The notes under the pieces were generated by a model. It did no database searches. It saw nothing but the letters and a program-made list of their open reading frames with translations, and was not told where the DNA came from. A DNA stretch of 41,498 bases from a virus (lineage: Duplodnaviria > Caudoviricetes): positions 1-41,498 of IMG/VR virus record IMGVR_UViG_3300017700_000368; one strand, given 5' to 3'. This document shows, piece by piece, positions 25,492 through 33,913 of this stretch. The position numbers and the translations under genes were made by a program. Within the stretch, counting starts at the first letter, position 1, and the number at the start of each line of letters is the position of its first letter.

Positions 25492-25548
25492 GGGACTCAA
25501 AATCCCCCGCCGCAAGGCGTGCCGGTTCGATTCCGGCCCCGGGCACCA
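25492..25548 (+). other. attP core: 3' part of tRNA-Leu(CAA)
   Basis: GGGA-CTCAAAA-TCCC anticodon arm, long variable arm, GCCGG-TTCGATT-CCGGC T arm, acceptor 3' strand and CCA. 5' half absent. Confidence 0.92.
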
Positions 25549-25570
25549 TAGCTTTCTTGCTATGGTTTAT
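25546..25570 (+). terminator. Hairpin after the tRNA 3' end
   Basis: CCATAGC-TTTCTT-GCTATGG-TTTAT. Confidence 0.45.
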
Positions 25571-25578
25571 GTAGCTAA

Positions 25579-25609
25579 TTCCGCATCCTGTTCCGCATCG
25601 TTTTCCGCA
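25579..25609. repeat. Integrase arm-type sites
   Basis: TTCCGCA at 25579, 25591, 25603 (12-bp period); also 25392 and inverted at 25445. Confidence 0.7.
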
Positions 25610-25716
25610 AAAGACGATTTGCGCGGCTGTGCGCGTCGTTCCAAAGTCCCCCAAAACACCCGGCTGTTTGCCTACGGTAGGCTTTCGGCTATTCCAAAGT
25701 TTTTAAGGAGTGAGTG

Positions 25717-26301
25717 ATGAAAATTGATGTTGCAGTGCCGGATGGACGCAGTGGCGCGTGGTCAGTTCAGACGATGGTTCTTTCCGATGCGGACGTGGCG
25801 CTGGAAAACATGCGTTCAATGATGCGCGGGCGGTCCTATGCGCGCTGTGAGGCAGGAGTCTACAAAAAGTTATGCCACGATCGACGCGGTGTTGTCATGT
25901 CAAACACGCCCATGGAAGTTCGCACCAACATGGCGTTTATCCGTGAGGCCAGGGGGAATGTTCACATCAATGGGCTTGGCTTGGGGATGGTGCTTACTGC
26001 GATTTTGGCGAAGCCGGAGGTTGAAAGCATTACGGTCGTTGAGATTGAGCAAGATGTTATCTCTTTGGTGCTCCCGACATTCTCCGACCAGATCGACGCG
26101 GGGCGGCTAAAAATAATTCATGATGACTGCTATTCCTATACCCCACCCAAGGCGGAGCGGTTTGACTCAGTCTGGCACGATGTATGGGATGAAATTTGCG
26201 AGGATAACAAACCCAAAATGACTGCGCTCAAGCGGAAATTTGGCCGGCGCACAAAATGGCAGGGTTGCTGGTCCGAGGATGTGTTGAGATACGCACGATA
26301 A
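25717..26301 (+). CDS. Class I SAM-dependent methyltransferase (spermidine-synthase-like fold)
   Basis: VHINGLGLGM, ITVVEIEQDV, IIHDD, FDSVWHDVW; AAGGAG RBS. Confidence 0.85.
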   Translation: MKIDVAVPDGRSGAWSVQTMVLSDADVALENMRSMMRGRSYARCEAGVYKKLCHDRRGVVMSNTPMEVRTNMAFIREARGNVHINGLGLGMVLTAILAKPEVESITVVEIEQDVISLVLPTFSDQIDAGRLKIIHDDCYSYTPPKAERFDSVWHDVWDEICEDNKPKMTALKRKFGRRTKWQGCWSEDVLRYAR

Positions 26302-26412
26302 CCCCCGCGCCCGCGAATACACCCAACAGACCGCACCCGCAATCGGTGCTTTAATCACAAACCCCTCACGCCAGTAGTGATATCTTGAAGGGCTTAACTA
26401 CTGGAGGATTTC

Positions 26413-26520
26413 GTGGATGCACTTGCTAACTTATCGATTTTTGAAAAGGGCCTTTTAGCGGCAGCGGCCGTGGCTGCGGTGATCGTGCTTTTCTGGTTTT
26501 TCAACCGCAAGAAGGACTAG
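26413..26520 (+). CDS. 35-aa single-TM peptide
   Basis: GTG after GGAGG; MDALANLSIFEKGLLAAAAVAAVIVLFWFFNRKKD. Confidence 0.6.
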   Translation: MDALANLSIFEKGLLAAAAVAAVIVLFWFFNRKKD

Positions 26521-26978
26521 GGCTTCACACGCACTTCTCTGGCGTAGTCCTGCAAAGCCTTTGCCTTTCCTGCCAGCTCTTGAGCGTAGCCGTCCAGTAG
26601 GACAAGCTTTCTTGAACATTCACTGGCGATTGTGGCAAAGGGGCCATCAACTCCTCCGGCGCTGGAGGGATCTGCGGAGCTTGCACTATTGATGGCGGAT
26701 TGAAGCTCTGACAGCCGGCCAGCAGTAGCGACAGCATCAGCAGCGCGGCGCTTTTTCTCAGCTTGGTAATCATTGGATACCTTTCTCACTTTGGTTTGAA
26801 GTTCGGCCTCTACGGCGCGGGCTTTCTCGCTGGCCACCAGTGCGGCGGCGGTTTGCTCAGCTTGGATCACGGCTATGGCGTCGTTCACGGCAATGCGCTT
26901 GTCGTTCCAGTGCCATGCCCAGAGAGCCGCCACAAGGCCGCCTATGAGCAGCCAGCGGTATGGGGAAAGCCAGCTCAT
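26517..26978 (-). CDS. Rz-like i-spanin
   Basis: N-terminal TM, coiled coil, ALQDYAR end; follows the endolysin. Confidence 0.85.
   Translation of the reverse strand: MSWLSPYRWLLIGGLVAALWAWHWNDKRIAVNDAIAVIQAEQTAAALVASEKARAVEAELQTKVRKVSNDYQAEKKRRAADAVATAGRLSELQSAINSASSADPSSAGGVDGPFATIASECSRKLVLLDGYAQELAGKAKALQDYAREVRVKP
26525..26773 (-). CDS. Rz1-like o-spanin lipoprotein nested in Rz
   Basis: Lipobox LLLAGC, Pro-rich region, embedded in another frame. Confidence 0.8.
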   Translation of the reverse strand: MITKLRKSAALLMLSLLLAGCQSFNPPSIVQAPQIPPAPEELMAPLPQSPVNVQESLSYWTATLKSWQERQRLCRTTPEKCV

Positions 26979-27445
26979 GACCGGAACAGCTCAAGTTCGG
27001 CCATGCGACGGCGCAGTAGGCCCTTGGTGACGTTGGAGCCGGGGCTAATCCACTTCAGCCACTCGTTTTCGGCGCCCGATATGTCGCCAGCGTTGAATTT
27101 GCGCAACAGTGTGGATGGGCGGCCGTCCTTCAATCGGAGGATGCCGTCCCGGGTTTTTGAGCCCTGCCCCACGTTGAAGACGATGGAGACAAAGGCGTCA
27201 AACTGGCCCTGTGTCATCGGATGCGTGACGGCTTGGCTTACAAGGGCTTCGCGCTGGGCCACATCGGCAATCAGGCGGCTGTCCGCTTGCTCCTGTGTCC
27301 AGGCGGTGCCGGGGCCGATTCCAAGGCCTGTAGCGCCCCACCCCACGGTCCACGGATCACCGCCCGTCTTCGGGTCCGGGTATGCCTCCAGTTTGCAGTC
27401 CTCGAATTCCTTGATGAGATCAAGCCCTTGAGCAGAAGTCTTCAT
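26975..27445 (-). CDS. Endolysin, GH24 lysozyme
   Basis: LIKEFED.KLEAYPD....PWTVGWG, TQGQFDAFVS..FNVG, GLLRRR.AE. Confidence 0.95.
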   Translation of the reverse strand: MKTSAQGLDLIKEFEDCKLEAYPDPKTGGDPWTVGWGATGLGIGPGTAWTQEQADSRLIADVAQREALVSQAVTHPMTQGQFDAFVSIVFNVGQGSKTRDGILRLKDGRPSTLLRKFNAGDISGAENEWLKWISPGSNVTKGLLRRRMAELELFRS

Positions 27446-27675
27446 GCCGGCTCCTTTCCGGACACAGCCTCTTGCTTGACCGGGCGCAGGACGATCACCA
27501 GCACCAGACACACCAGCCGTATGCCGGACTTGTAGCCCTCGTCAAACCATGGGATGGTGTCCGTGTTGTCTGCCAGCAACTGCAAGATTTCTGGCAGAGC
27601 GGCGCCCAGAGCAGCAAAGCGCAGGGACCACGACTTCCATAACTTTCGCCAGTTGGGCACAAGTTCAATCTTCAT
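27442..27675 (-). CDS. Holin-like protein
   Basis: LVPNWRKLWKSWS, two TM segments, coupled to the lysozyme. Confidence 0.75.
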   Translation of the reverse strand: MKIELVPNWRKLWKSWSLRFAALGAALPEILQLLADNTDTIPWFDEGYKSGIRLVCLVLVIVLRPVKQEAVSGKEPA

Positions 27676-27923
27676 TTTTCACCCTTCCATCCATAACGAA
27701 TAGCCGCCAAGATCGCAGCCACGGCAAGCATTACCTTGCTTAACCACAACACAGAGGCTCCAAGGCGGCGCATCCACTTGAAGAAAACCCCGGCGTCACG
27801 CCACATTTCCAGCAGTTCGGCGGTGTCGGTCGCGAGCTTTTCGGTAACGGCTGTATTGACATCGAGCTTTGTTTCGATGGCAATAAACCGCTTGTCGTAG
27901 TCTTCGTGTGGAGGTGGGCTCAC
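27672..27923 (-). CDS. Holin/antiholin-like membrane protein
   Basis: Coiled coil plus C-terminal TM; first lysis gene. Confidence 0.65.
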   Translation of the reverse strand: MSPPPHEDYDKRFIAIETKLDVNTAVTEKLATDTAELLEMWRDAGVFFKWMRRLGASVLWLSKVMLAVAAILAAIRYGWKGEK

Positions 27924-28006
27924 TGGCTCAGTCCTTATCCCTGTGATTTATTTACAACTAAGGGTTTTTTCTGGAACTTGCCAAAACCCGGTGCATAGAA
28001 TCCCGC

Positions 28007-28441
28007 ATGAACGTCACCCTTCGCCCTGCCACCCTCAAGGACGCGGAGCTTTTGCTGTCGTGGCGCAACGACCCGGAAACACGAGCGCGCAGCTTCAACA
28101 GCGAAGTCGTTCAACTCTCCGATCACATCGCCTGGCTTCGCAAGTCGCTGGACAACCCGGCGCGTGAGCTTTTTGTGGCCGAGGTCGAAGGGAAACCCGT
28201 CGGCACCGTGCGGGCGGACCTTGACGGCACCGTAAAGGAGCTGTCGTGGACGATTGCGCCATGTGAGCGCCGGCAGGGTCTTGCCAAGGCGATGGTTCGA
28301 GAGCTTGTTGCCAAGATCGACGGCGACTTGCGGGCCGAAATCAAGCCCGACAACATTGCGTCTATCCGCGTGGCGCTGCACGTCGGCATGCTCCAAAACG
28401 GTGAGATTGACGGGGCATTGCATTACATCCTGCGCCGTTAG
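28007..28441 (+). CDS. GNAT N-acetyltransferase, PseH/RimJ-like (moron)
   Basis: LRPATLKDAELLLSWRNDP.TR..SF...DHIAWL, RRQGLAK, N.ASIR; TAGAAT 5 nt before the ATG. Confidence 0.88.
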   Translation: MNVTLRPATLKDAELLLSWRNDPETRARSFNSEVVQLSDHIAWLRKSLDNPARELFVAEVEGKPVGTVRADLDGTVKELSWTIAPCERRQGLAKAMVRELVAKIDGDLRAEIKPDNIASIRVALHVGMLQNGEIDGALHYILRR

Positions 28442-29607
28442 TTGCAGCCGATCAGGGTCGCCGAGGCTGCACCCGCGCCGCCGACTTCGCGGCAGTTGAT
28501 GTAAGTACCTTTCGCTCCGGCTGCGCTGGAGATAACAATCTTCGATGTGACCTGTTGGCAGACCGTATCGAATGCGTGAATGTTGGTTTCAGGAACTTGG
28601 TAGCGGTCTGTCCAGTTGGTGATGCGCACTCGACCAGTACGGCCCTCCCAGCAACCCAGCCCGTAACGCGACCCCGGGCTGGATAGATAAGTGGTGATGT
28701 CCTCAAGCGCGATGGATTCGTTGTCGCCAGACACTCCAGCGAAGATCATCGTCGCCTGATTTTCAAACCACTCAAAGCCGCGAATCCGTGTGCTGGACCC
28801 TTGCGAATAGAACATGTAGCTCGAACTCTCGGATGCGTACTGGTTGATTCGACCACCGTTGAAGTTCACGTTGGAGCTGTTCAAGACCCAAAAATAGCGG
28901 TTCGGCACAAGGTTGGAAGATGTTCCCATCTCGCAAGCCAGACCGTTGATATTGACCGTCGTGCAGCCTTCGATCTGCAGGAGTTCTGGGGAGTTGCTGC
29001 CCACTGAGCCGGCGTTTCCGTGGTCGAGGTAGAGGGACGAAGCGTTGACCGATGCGCAGCCGACCATGCGAACACCGACACCTGTCGAGCGTTCAACAGA
29101 GCAGTTTTCGAGGTATGGGTAATAGCAGGTATCAAGCAAAATGCCGTTTGTCGAGCCAGTGACGTGCACGTTTTTCAACTGGCCCTGCGTCATGTTTTTG
29201 GCCTTGACGCCGTAACCTGCACCGCCTTGGTTCTTGATCCAACAATCAGACAGGCCGCTGAACATGGCATTCAACTCCACGGCGTTGCCGGTACAGCCGT
29301 TCTGGTCAATGGTGAAGTTGCCGGGGAGCGCAAAGGCGCTGTTCCAGTCCGACCCTGCAAGACCGACAAACTCAAACATCCTTGCCGTTGAGGACAGGTT
29401 CTTGAAGATGGTCTTGTTGTTGCCGGCGCCCCGAAAGTTCACCAGCCGATCAATGGCCGGGAGGTTGTTCACCCCGTAGATACCGGGGCCGAAGTAAACC
29501 TCGTCACCCGTCCCGGTGTCTCCGCCAGCGGCAAGCGCTGCGGCTATCTTCGTGGTTTCGTCCGAGCCATCGGCCAGGATGCCAAATGCTGATTTCGCGT
29601 CGATCAT
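28438..29607 (-). CDS. Beta-helix tailspike/depolymerase
   Basis: Pectate-lyase-3-type start FGILADGSDET..I.AAL...VYFGPGIY; Asn/Gly-rich beta-helix repeats. Confidence 0.8.
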   Translation of the reverse strand: MIDAKSAFGILADGSDETTKIAAALAAGGDTGTGDEVYFGPGIYGVNNLPAIDRLVNFRGAGNNKTIFKNLSSTARMFEFVGLAGSDWNSAFALPGNFTIDQNGCTGNAVELNAMFSGLSDCWIKNQGGAGYGVKAKNMTQGQLKNVHVTGSTNGILLDTCYYPYLENCSVERSTGVGVRMVGCASVNASSLYLDHGNAGSVGSNSPELLQIEGCTTVNINGLACEMGTSSNLVPNRYFWVLNSSNVNFNGGRINQYASESSSYMFYSQGSSTRIRGFEWFENQATMIFAGVSGDNESIALEDITTYLSSPGSRYGLGCWEGRTGRVRITNWTDRYQVPETNIHAFDTVCQQVTSKIVISSAAGAKGTYINCREVGGAGAASATLIGCN

Positions 29608-29618
29608 GGGAGTCCTTT

Positions 29619-30944
29619 CTATGAATCAATTCCAACGGTGTCTGTATAGCCAAGCGTTGCAATGCGCAACGTGTCGCTCACGTTGGCGCGTGCGGCAACT
29701 TGAGCTGATGTGTTCGTCAGGCAAACGATTTGCCCGCCCGTGATACCGTTGTCGTCTGCTCCAGGGGCGCCCAACGGAGCGGCGGTAAGGCTTGCGGCAG
29801 CGGAACTGGCGTCAGGGCAGTGGACGTAAACCACAACAGTTCCGGCTGTGGAGCCAATGCTGACGTTGAGTTTTGCCTCTACTCGGCGCCCGACCGGTAC
29901 GGTAAGGGTGTAGCTCGTGGACGAACCTACAGAGGCGGTGGCGCCTACGTCCAGAGGCGGGGAATCCCACCAGAACGTGCGACCAGACTGGAAGAACTTT
30001 GTCCACTGTGCAGAGCCGTTCGTCAGGCCCATGCCGATGTAGCGGTACTGGGTGTAATTCGCTGGGAGTGTTGGCGCGCTGGAACTCAGGCTGAACACCA
30101 CATCGACCACGCCCGTATCGGGTCGGCGGATGACATAAAAGTAATACTTGGTGCTGTTCGCAATCGCGCCAGTGTCCAAACCTCCCGCAGCAGTGCCTAC
30201 AGCCCATGCGCTGGTCGTCTTTGCGATGGCGGTGAGGGTCATCACGGCCACGCTGGTGCTGTTCGTACAAACGCCAGCGGCGATACTCATCGTCGCGCTA
30301 GCTCCGGCCGTGGACATGGTCAGGCCGTAGAACTGACCATAGTTCTGCGGGATAGTCGGAAAAATTCCGCGTGGAATGGCGTCGTTGACCGGAGAAAAGC
30401 CAACCTCAAAACTGGACAGCCCGGCATCGAGTGACTGCCCTGAATCCATTGCCATGGTCACGGTCGTCAAGGCGCCATAGACCGAACTCTGAACAGTTCC
30501 GTACACCGTTCCGGCCGTAACCTGGAATTTCAACCTCAGTCCTTGAGGCAATACAGCTGTTTGAGCGCCAGTGACCGTAAAAACACTGGCGCTCACATAA
30601 GACGGCGTGAGATTCGATGGAGAAAATGCGCTGAATGCTTCGGCCGCAGCACTGCCCGCAGAAGCAAGGTAAAAAACCTGCACATCATTGGACGCCAGGA
30701 CACGCAAGCTGTATTTGCTGCCGCAATAAAGAATCGCGGGCGAGCCCGTCCGGGCAGCGTAACCCGATGTCGTGCGGATCGGCTGCAGAGCCGGAACCAG
30801 CCCGGCTTCGTCCCAATACATCTGAATCGGGAATTGCTCAGGGTCTTTGCCCTCTTCGCCGAAGTAAAGCTTGCCGTTGTTCAGCGGCGAGCCATCCAAG
30901 TTGAAAAACTGGTTTAGCGGGTTGATGGTGGCGATTTGGGCCAT
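29619..30944 (-). CDS. Tail fibre/adaptor with P22-type head-binding domain
   Basis: FFNLDGSPLNNGKLYFG..GKDP...I.MYWD...QPIRT..GY. Confidence 0.85.
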   Translation of the reverse strand: MAQIATINPLNQFFNLDGSPLNNGKLYFGEEGKDPEQFPIQMYWDEAGLVPALQPIRTTSGYAARTGSPAILYCGSKYSLRVLASNDVQVFYLASAGSAAAEAFSAFSPSNLTPSYVSASVFTVTGAQTAVLPQGLRLKFQVTAGTVYGTVQSSVYGALTTVTMAMDSGQSLDAGLSSFEVGFSPVNDAIPRGIFPTIPQNYGQFYGLTMSTAGASATMSIAAGVCTNSTSVAVMTLTAIAKTTSAWAVGTAAGGLDTGAIANSTKYYFYVIRRPDTGVVDVVFSLSSSAPTLPANYTQYRYIGMGLTNGSAQWTKFFQSGRTFWWDSPPLDVGATASVGSSTSYTLTVPVGRRVEAKLNVSIGSTAGTVVVYVHCPDASSAAASLTAAPLGAPGADDNGITGGQIVCLTNTSAQVAARANVSDTLRIATLGYTDTVGIDS

Positions 30945-30952
30945 GATTTTCC

Positions 30953-33913
30953 TCAGAGGGTCGAGCCTTGGCCCGCAAGTGGTTGTTTTTCGCGGTCCTT
31001 GCCGCGGCCGGCCTGCAATGCGGAGTTGATCCAAGCCTCACGCTCAGTAACGTCTCGCTTGAAGGTGCCGGGGATGAAGTTCGCGTAACCGCGCATCGCT
31101 CTGGCGCGTGCGAGTCGTTCGATGGACTTGTTCGAAGCGAAGCCCTTGGTGGCGGCTTCTTCGACAACCTTCTTGAATTCCGGGGAGGTCAGAAGGTCGC
31201 CAACGGCCTTGAGCGCGTCCTTTTTGCCAGAGGCAAGGGATTGCAATGCGCCACCCATGAAACCGGCGCCAGTCGGGCCGAATGCCATGGAAGTAGCAGC
31301 CTCAGTTGCTATCCCGCGCGCTGCTGCGCCCGTTGCGCCTTCCAGCACCTTGCCCACCAGTGTTTCCGGACCTTTGAGCGTGTTCAGAAAGCCTTGGTTG
31401 GCCTTGCCCGTCTGCAGAACTGCCGCCTGAGCTTTGGCGATGGACCGAGATACCTGATACAGGTCGTTCAGGAGTTCGTCGCTACCCTCACCCAGGGTTT
31501 TGACGATGGAGGCGTAGACCGGGCTGTTTTCACGAATGCTGCGGTAGAGTTTTGAGTATTGTTGGAAGCCGAACTGCCCACCCTTGGTAGTGCTGGTGGC
31601 GTGCGTCAGTAGCGCGGACGACAAGGCCTCTTTGCGCAGGGGCTCGGGGATCGTCTGGATTAGCTTAGCCAGCCCCTTATCATCCCCACGAGCAGATGCA
31701 CTAATAGCATTTCGCAGAGCAGGCACAAGAGAACCGTTGCCGTCCTTGCCAAAAGTCTCAACAATCCGCTTCTCCAGTCCTTTGCGTTTGGCCACCAACT
31801 GCGAGGCGAGACGGTATTTGTCGCGCAGCGCCTCACCGCCGACAGACGTGACGGCGTCGAGCTGATCCTCGGCCATGGCTTTGTAGAGCTGCTTCAGCGA
31901 GCCCTCTTCCATGCTGCCGTAGGGAGACTCCTTGCCGGCCATTGCTTTGCCGATCAGTCCCCTCTCGCGCGCCATGCGCCCGTAGGTAACCGGCTCGCCG
32001 AGCATTTTGACGAGCTGTTTCTCCTGCGCGGACAAACCAGTCTCCCCGCCCATATCCACAATGACGGCATCCAAGCGAGCCCGGAGCGCCGGCATTTCGA
32101 CGGGCGTAGATTTTGGCACAGCATCGTCAATCTCTTTGTAAAGCGCGTCTGAGGCCTTTTCGAGGTCATCCCGGGTTGCGCTGAGCGTGCCCTTGATCTT
32201 GTCGGACACGGAGGCGATGTCTTTGCTTGCGCCTAGGGTTTGAAGAGCCTCTTCGGCTTTCTGGGCTGCGTTTTCGGCCACTTGGATGCCGCGCGCCTCG
32301 GCATTGCTGCCGGCCTGAGAGCGCGCCAGGCCAACCAGATTCCGAAATTGCGCGTTGTCAGTCACAAAATCGGGGTCAAGCTCCATCTTGAGGCGGTCGG
32401 CGGCCTCGGTAACAGCCCTGTTCGGCGATGCCTGCGCAGCCAACTCTTCGGTCGCCGCCTGTTTGCCGAACGGAGCCGTTGCGGCCTTTTTGGCCGTGCT
32501 GGCAAGCTGTTCCTGTGTCATTTCAGCCGCGGCCTGTACGGGGGCAGCAGGGGCCGCCACAGGGACAACTGGTGCGGCAGGAGCGGCCGGCGTGACAGCG
32601 CCCGGCTGAGCGGCCGGCCGGGTTCCGGCACCGCCTTTGTTGAGAGTCTGTTGAACGCCACGAACAGACGCCCCAACCCCTTGCGCGACAAGCGCCGCGA
32701 TAGGTGCGGTAGCGCCTGCCAATGCAACCTCTGACGGATTGAACTCACCGCCTGTAGCGGCCTGTGTGCCCTCAATCACAGCCTGGGTCGCGGCAGACCC
32801 TGCAGCAAGACCGGGAAGCGTCGTTGCACCACCAGCGGGGGTGAAGGCCGCAACAGCGCCCAGAGCCCGCGGAATGTCGCCCATGGTCAAGCCCGGTGGA
32901 ATGGCGTATTCCTTGCCATCTACGGAGCTTTTCAGGATGTTGTTTCCCTTTTCGTCCTTGCGCACGGTGACGCCGGGGAACTGGGCTTGAATGATCTGCG
33001 GTACTTCAGAGCTGGGCGCAAACATCGTGCCGACACCAGCCTTAGCAGACGCAGCGGACAACTGATTGAGTTCAGGCATCCCGGTCCACTCGGGCAGGGT
33101 TGAAGTTTCGCCAGTCGCACGGAGTTCGCCTGTAACCACGTCGCGCAGCTTGGCCAGCATGCCGGGCTTCTCGCTGGGGGTGTGCGTAATGCCGTCGGGC
33201 AACTTGATTGCGCCTGATGCAAGGTCGGCTTCGTACTCGGCCACCTGTTCAGGTGTCATCTTCCCGCTGACGTAGGCCTCAATCACGCCGTCCGGAACGA
33301 TGTTGGAGGTGTCTTTGACCTTCAGTTCGGCTTTTTTGGGCAGCAGGATTGATCCGGAGTTGACGTCGGCCTCGAATTCCTTTTCCTGCTCGGGGCTCAT
33401 CTTTCCGGACTGATAAGCCTCGTAAATCTTGGCGATGCTGGGTGTTTGGGTTTGGCTTGCAGCAAGTTCGGCGCGCAAACTGCGGCCACCAGTGGGCGTC
33501 TGGGCCGCCTCAGGGGCTTGCATGTCCTTCGGGCGCCCGACCATCACGCGATTGACATAAGCGCGGGTCTGTGGTCCATAGTTGGCCGGATTTGTGCCGC
33601 CGATGTACTCGCGCGCCGCTGCGGCTGGGTCTTGTCCGTTGCGGTCCAGCGATTCTTTCAGCAGGTAGGCCTTACCCAAAGTGGAGGCCTCGGGAGACGC
33701 CCACGGGTCTACCCCGTATTTGTCAAGGACGAGTTTTCGCGTCGTCGGCGTAAACTGGTTCACAGTTTTTGCACCGGCAGACGACACTTGATCGGCGTTC
33801 GAACGCTCGCCGTTGGTGCGGATGCCAACCATCAGCCACTCAGGCACGCCCACCTGGGCCGCGTAACGCGCATCCAGTTCGTCATACACGGGGTCTTTGA
33901 AGCTCTGTGCCAT
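30953..33913 (-). CDS. Large DNA ejection protein (gp16-like) with N-terminal lytic-transglycosylase-like domain
   Basis: 986 aa, Ala-rich; NGERS, VSSAGAKTVNQFTPTT, AAREYIGG, QTRAYVNRV. Confidence 0.8.
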   Translation of the reverse strand: MAQSFKDPVYDELDARYAAQVGVPEWLMVGIRTNGERSNADQVSSAGAKTVNQFTPTTRKLVLDKYGVDPWASPEASTLGKAYLLKESLDRNGQDPAAAAREYIGGTNPANYGPQTRAYVNRVMVGRPKDMQAPEAAQTPTGGRSLRAELAASQTQTPSIAKIYEAYQSGKMSPEQEKEFEADVNSGSILLPKKAELKVKDTSNIVPDGVIEAYVSGKMTPEQVAEYEADLASGAIKLPDGITHTPSEKPGMLAKLRDVVTGELRATGETSTLPEWTGMPELNQLSAASAKAGVGTMFAPSSEVPQIIQAQFPGVTVRKDEKGNNILKSSVDGKEYAIPPGLTMGDIPRALGAVAAFTPAGGATTLPGLAAGSAATQAVIEGTQAATGGEFNPSEVALAGATAPIAALVAQGVGASVRGVQQTLNKGGAGTRPAAQPGAVTPAAPAAPVVPVAAPAAPVQAAAEMTQEQLASTAKKAATAPFGKQAATEELAAQASPNRAVTEAADRLKMELDPDFVTDNAQFRNLVGLARSQAGSNAEARGIQVAENAAQKAEEALQTLGASKDIASVSDKIKGTLSATRDDLEKASDALYKEIDDAVPKSTPVEMPALRARLDAVIVDMGGETGLSAQEKQLVKMLGEPVTYGRMARERGLIGKAMAGKESPYGSMEEGSLKQLYKAMAEDQLDAVTSVGGEALRDKYRLASQLVAKRKGLEKRIVETFGKDGNGSLVPALRNAISASARGDDKGLAKLIQTIPEPLRKEALSSALLTHATSTTKGGQFGFQQYSKLYRSIRENSPVYASIVKTLGEGSDELLNDLYQVSRSIAKAQAAVLQTGKANQGFLNTLKGPETLVGKVLEGATGAAARGIATEAATSMAFGPTGAGFMGGALQSLASGKKDALKAVGDLLTSPEFKKVVEEAATKGFASNKSIERLARARAMRGYANFIPGTFKRDVTEREAWINSALQAGRGKDREKQPLAGQGSTL

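Noticed and set aside
25460-25548. Complete phage tRNA-Leu gene
   Set aside because: No 5' acceptor strand or D arm upstream; it is the attP core.
29619-31034. ORF-track upstream starts (31034, 27511, 9839, 39532, 19562, 22363)
   Set aside because: The extensions overlap neighbouring genes; downstream starts have an RBS or stop/start coupling.
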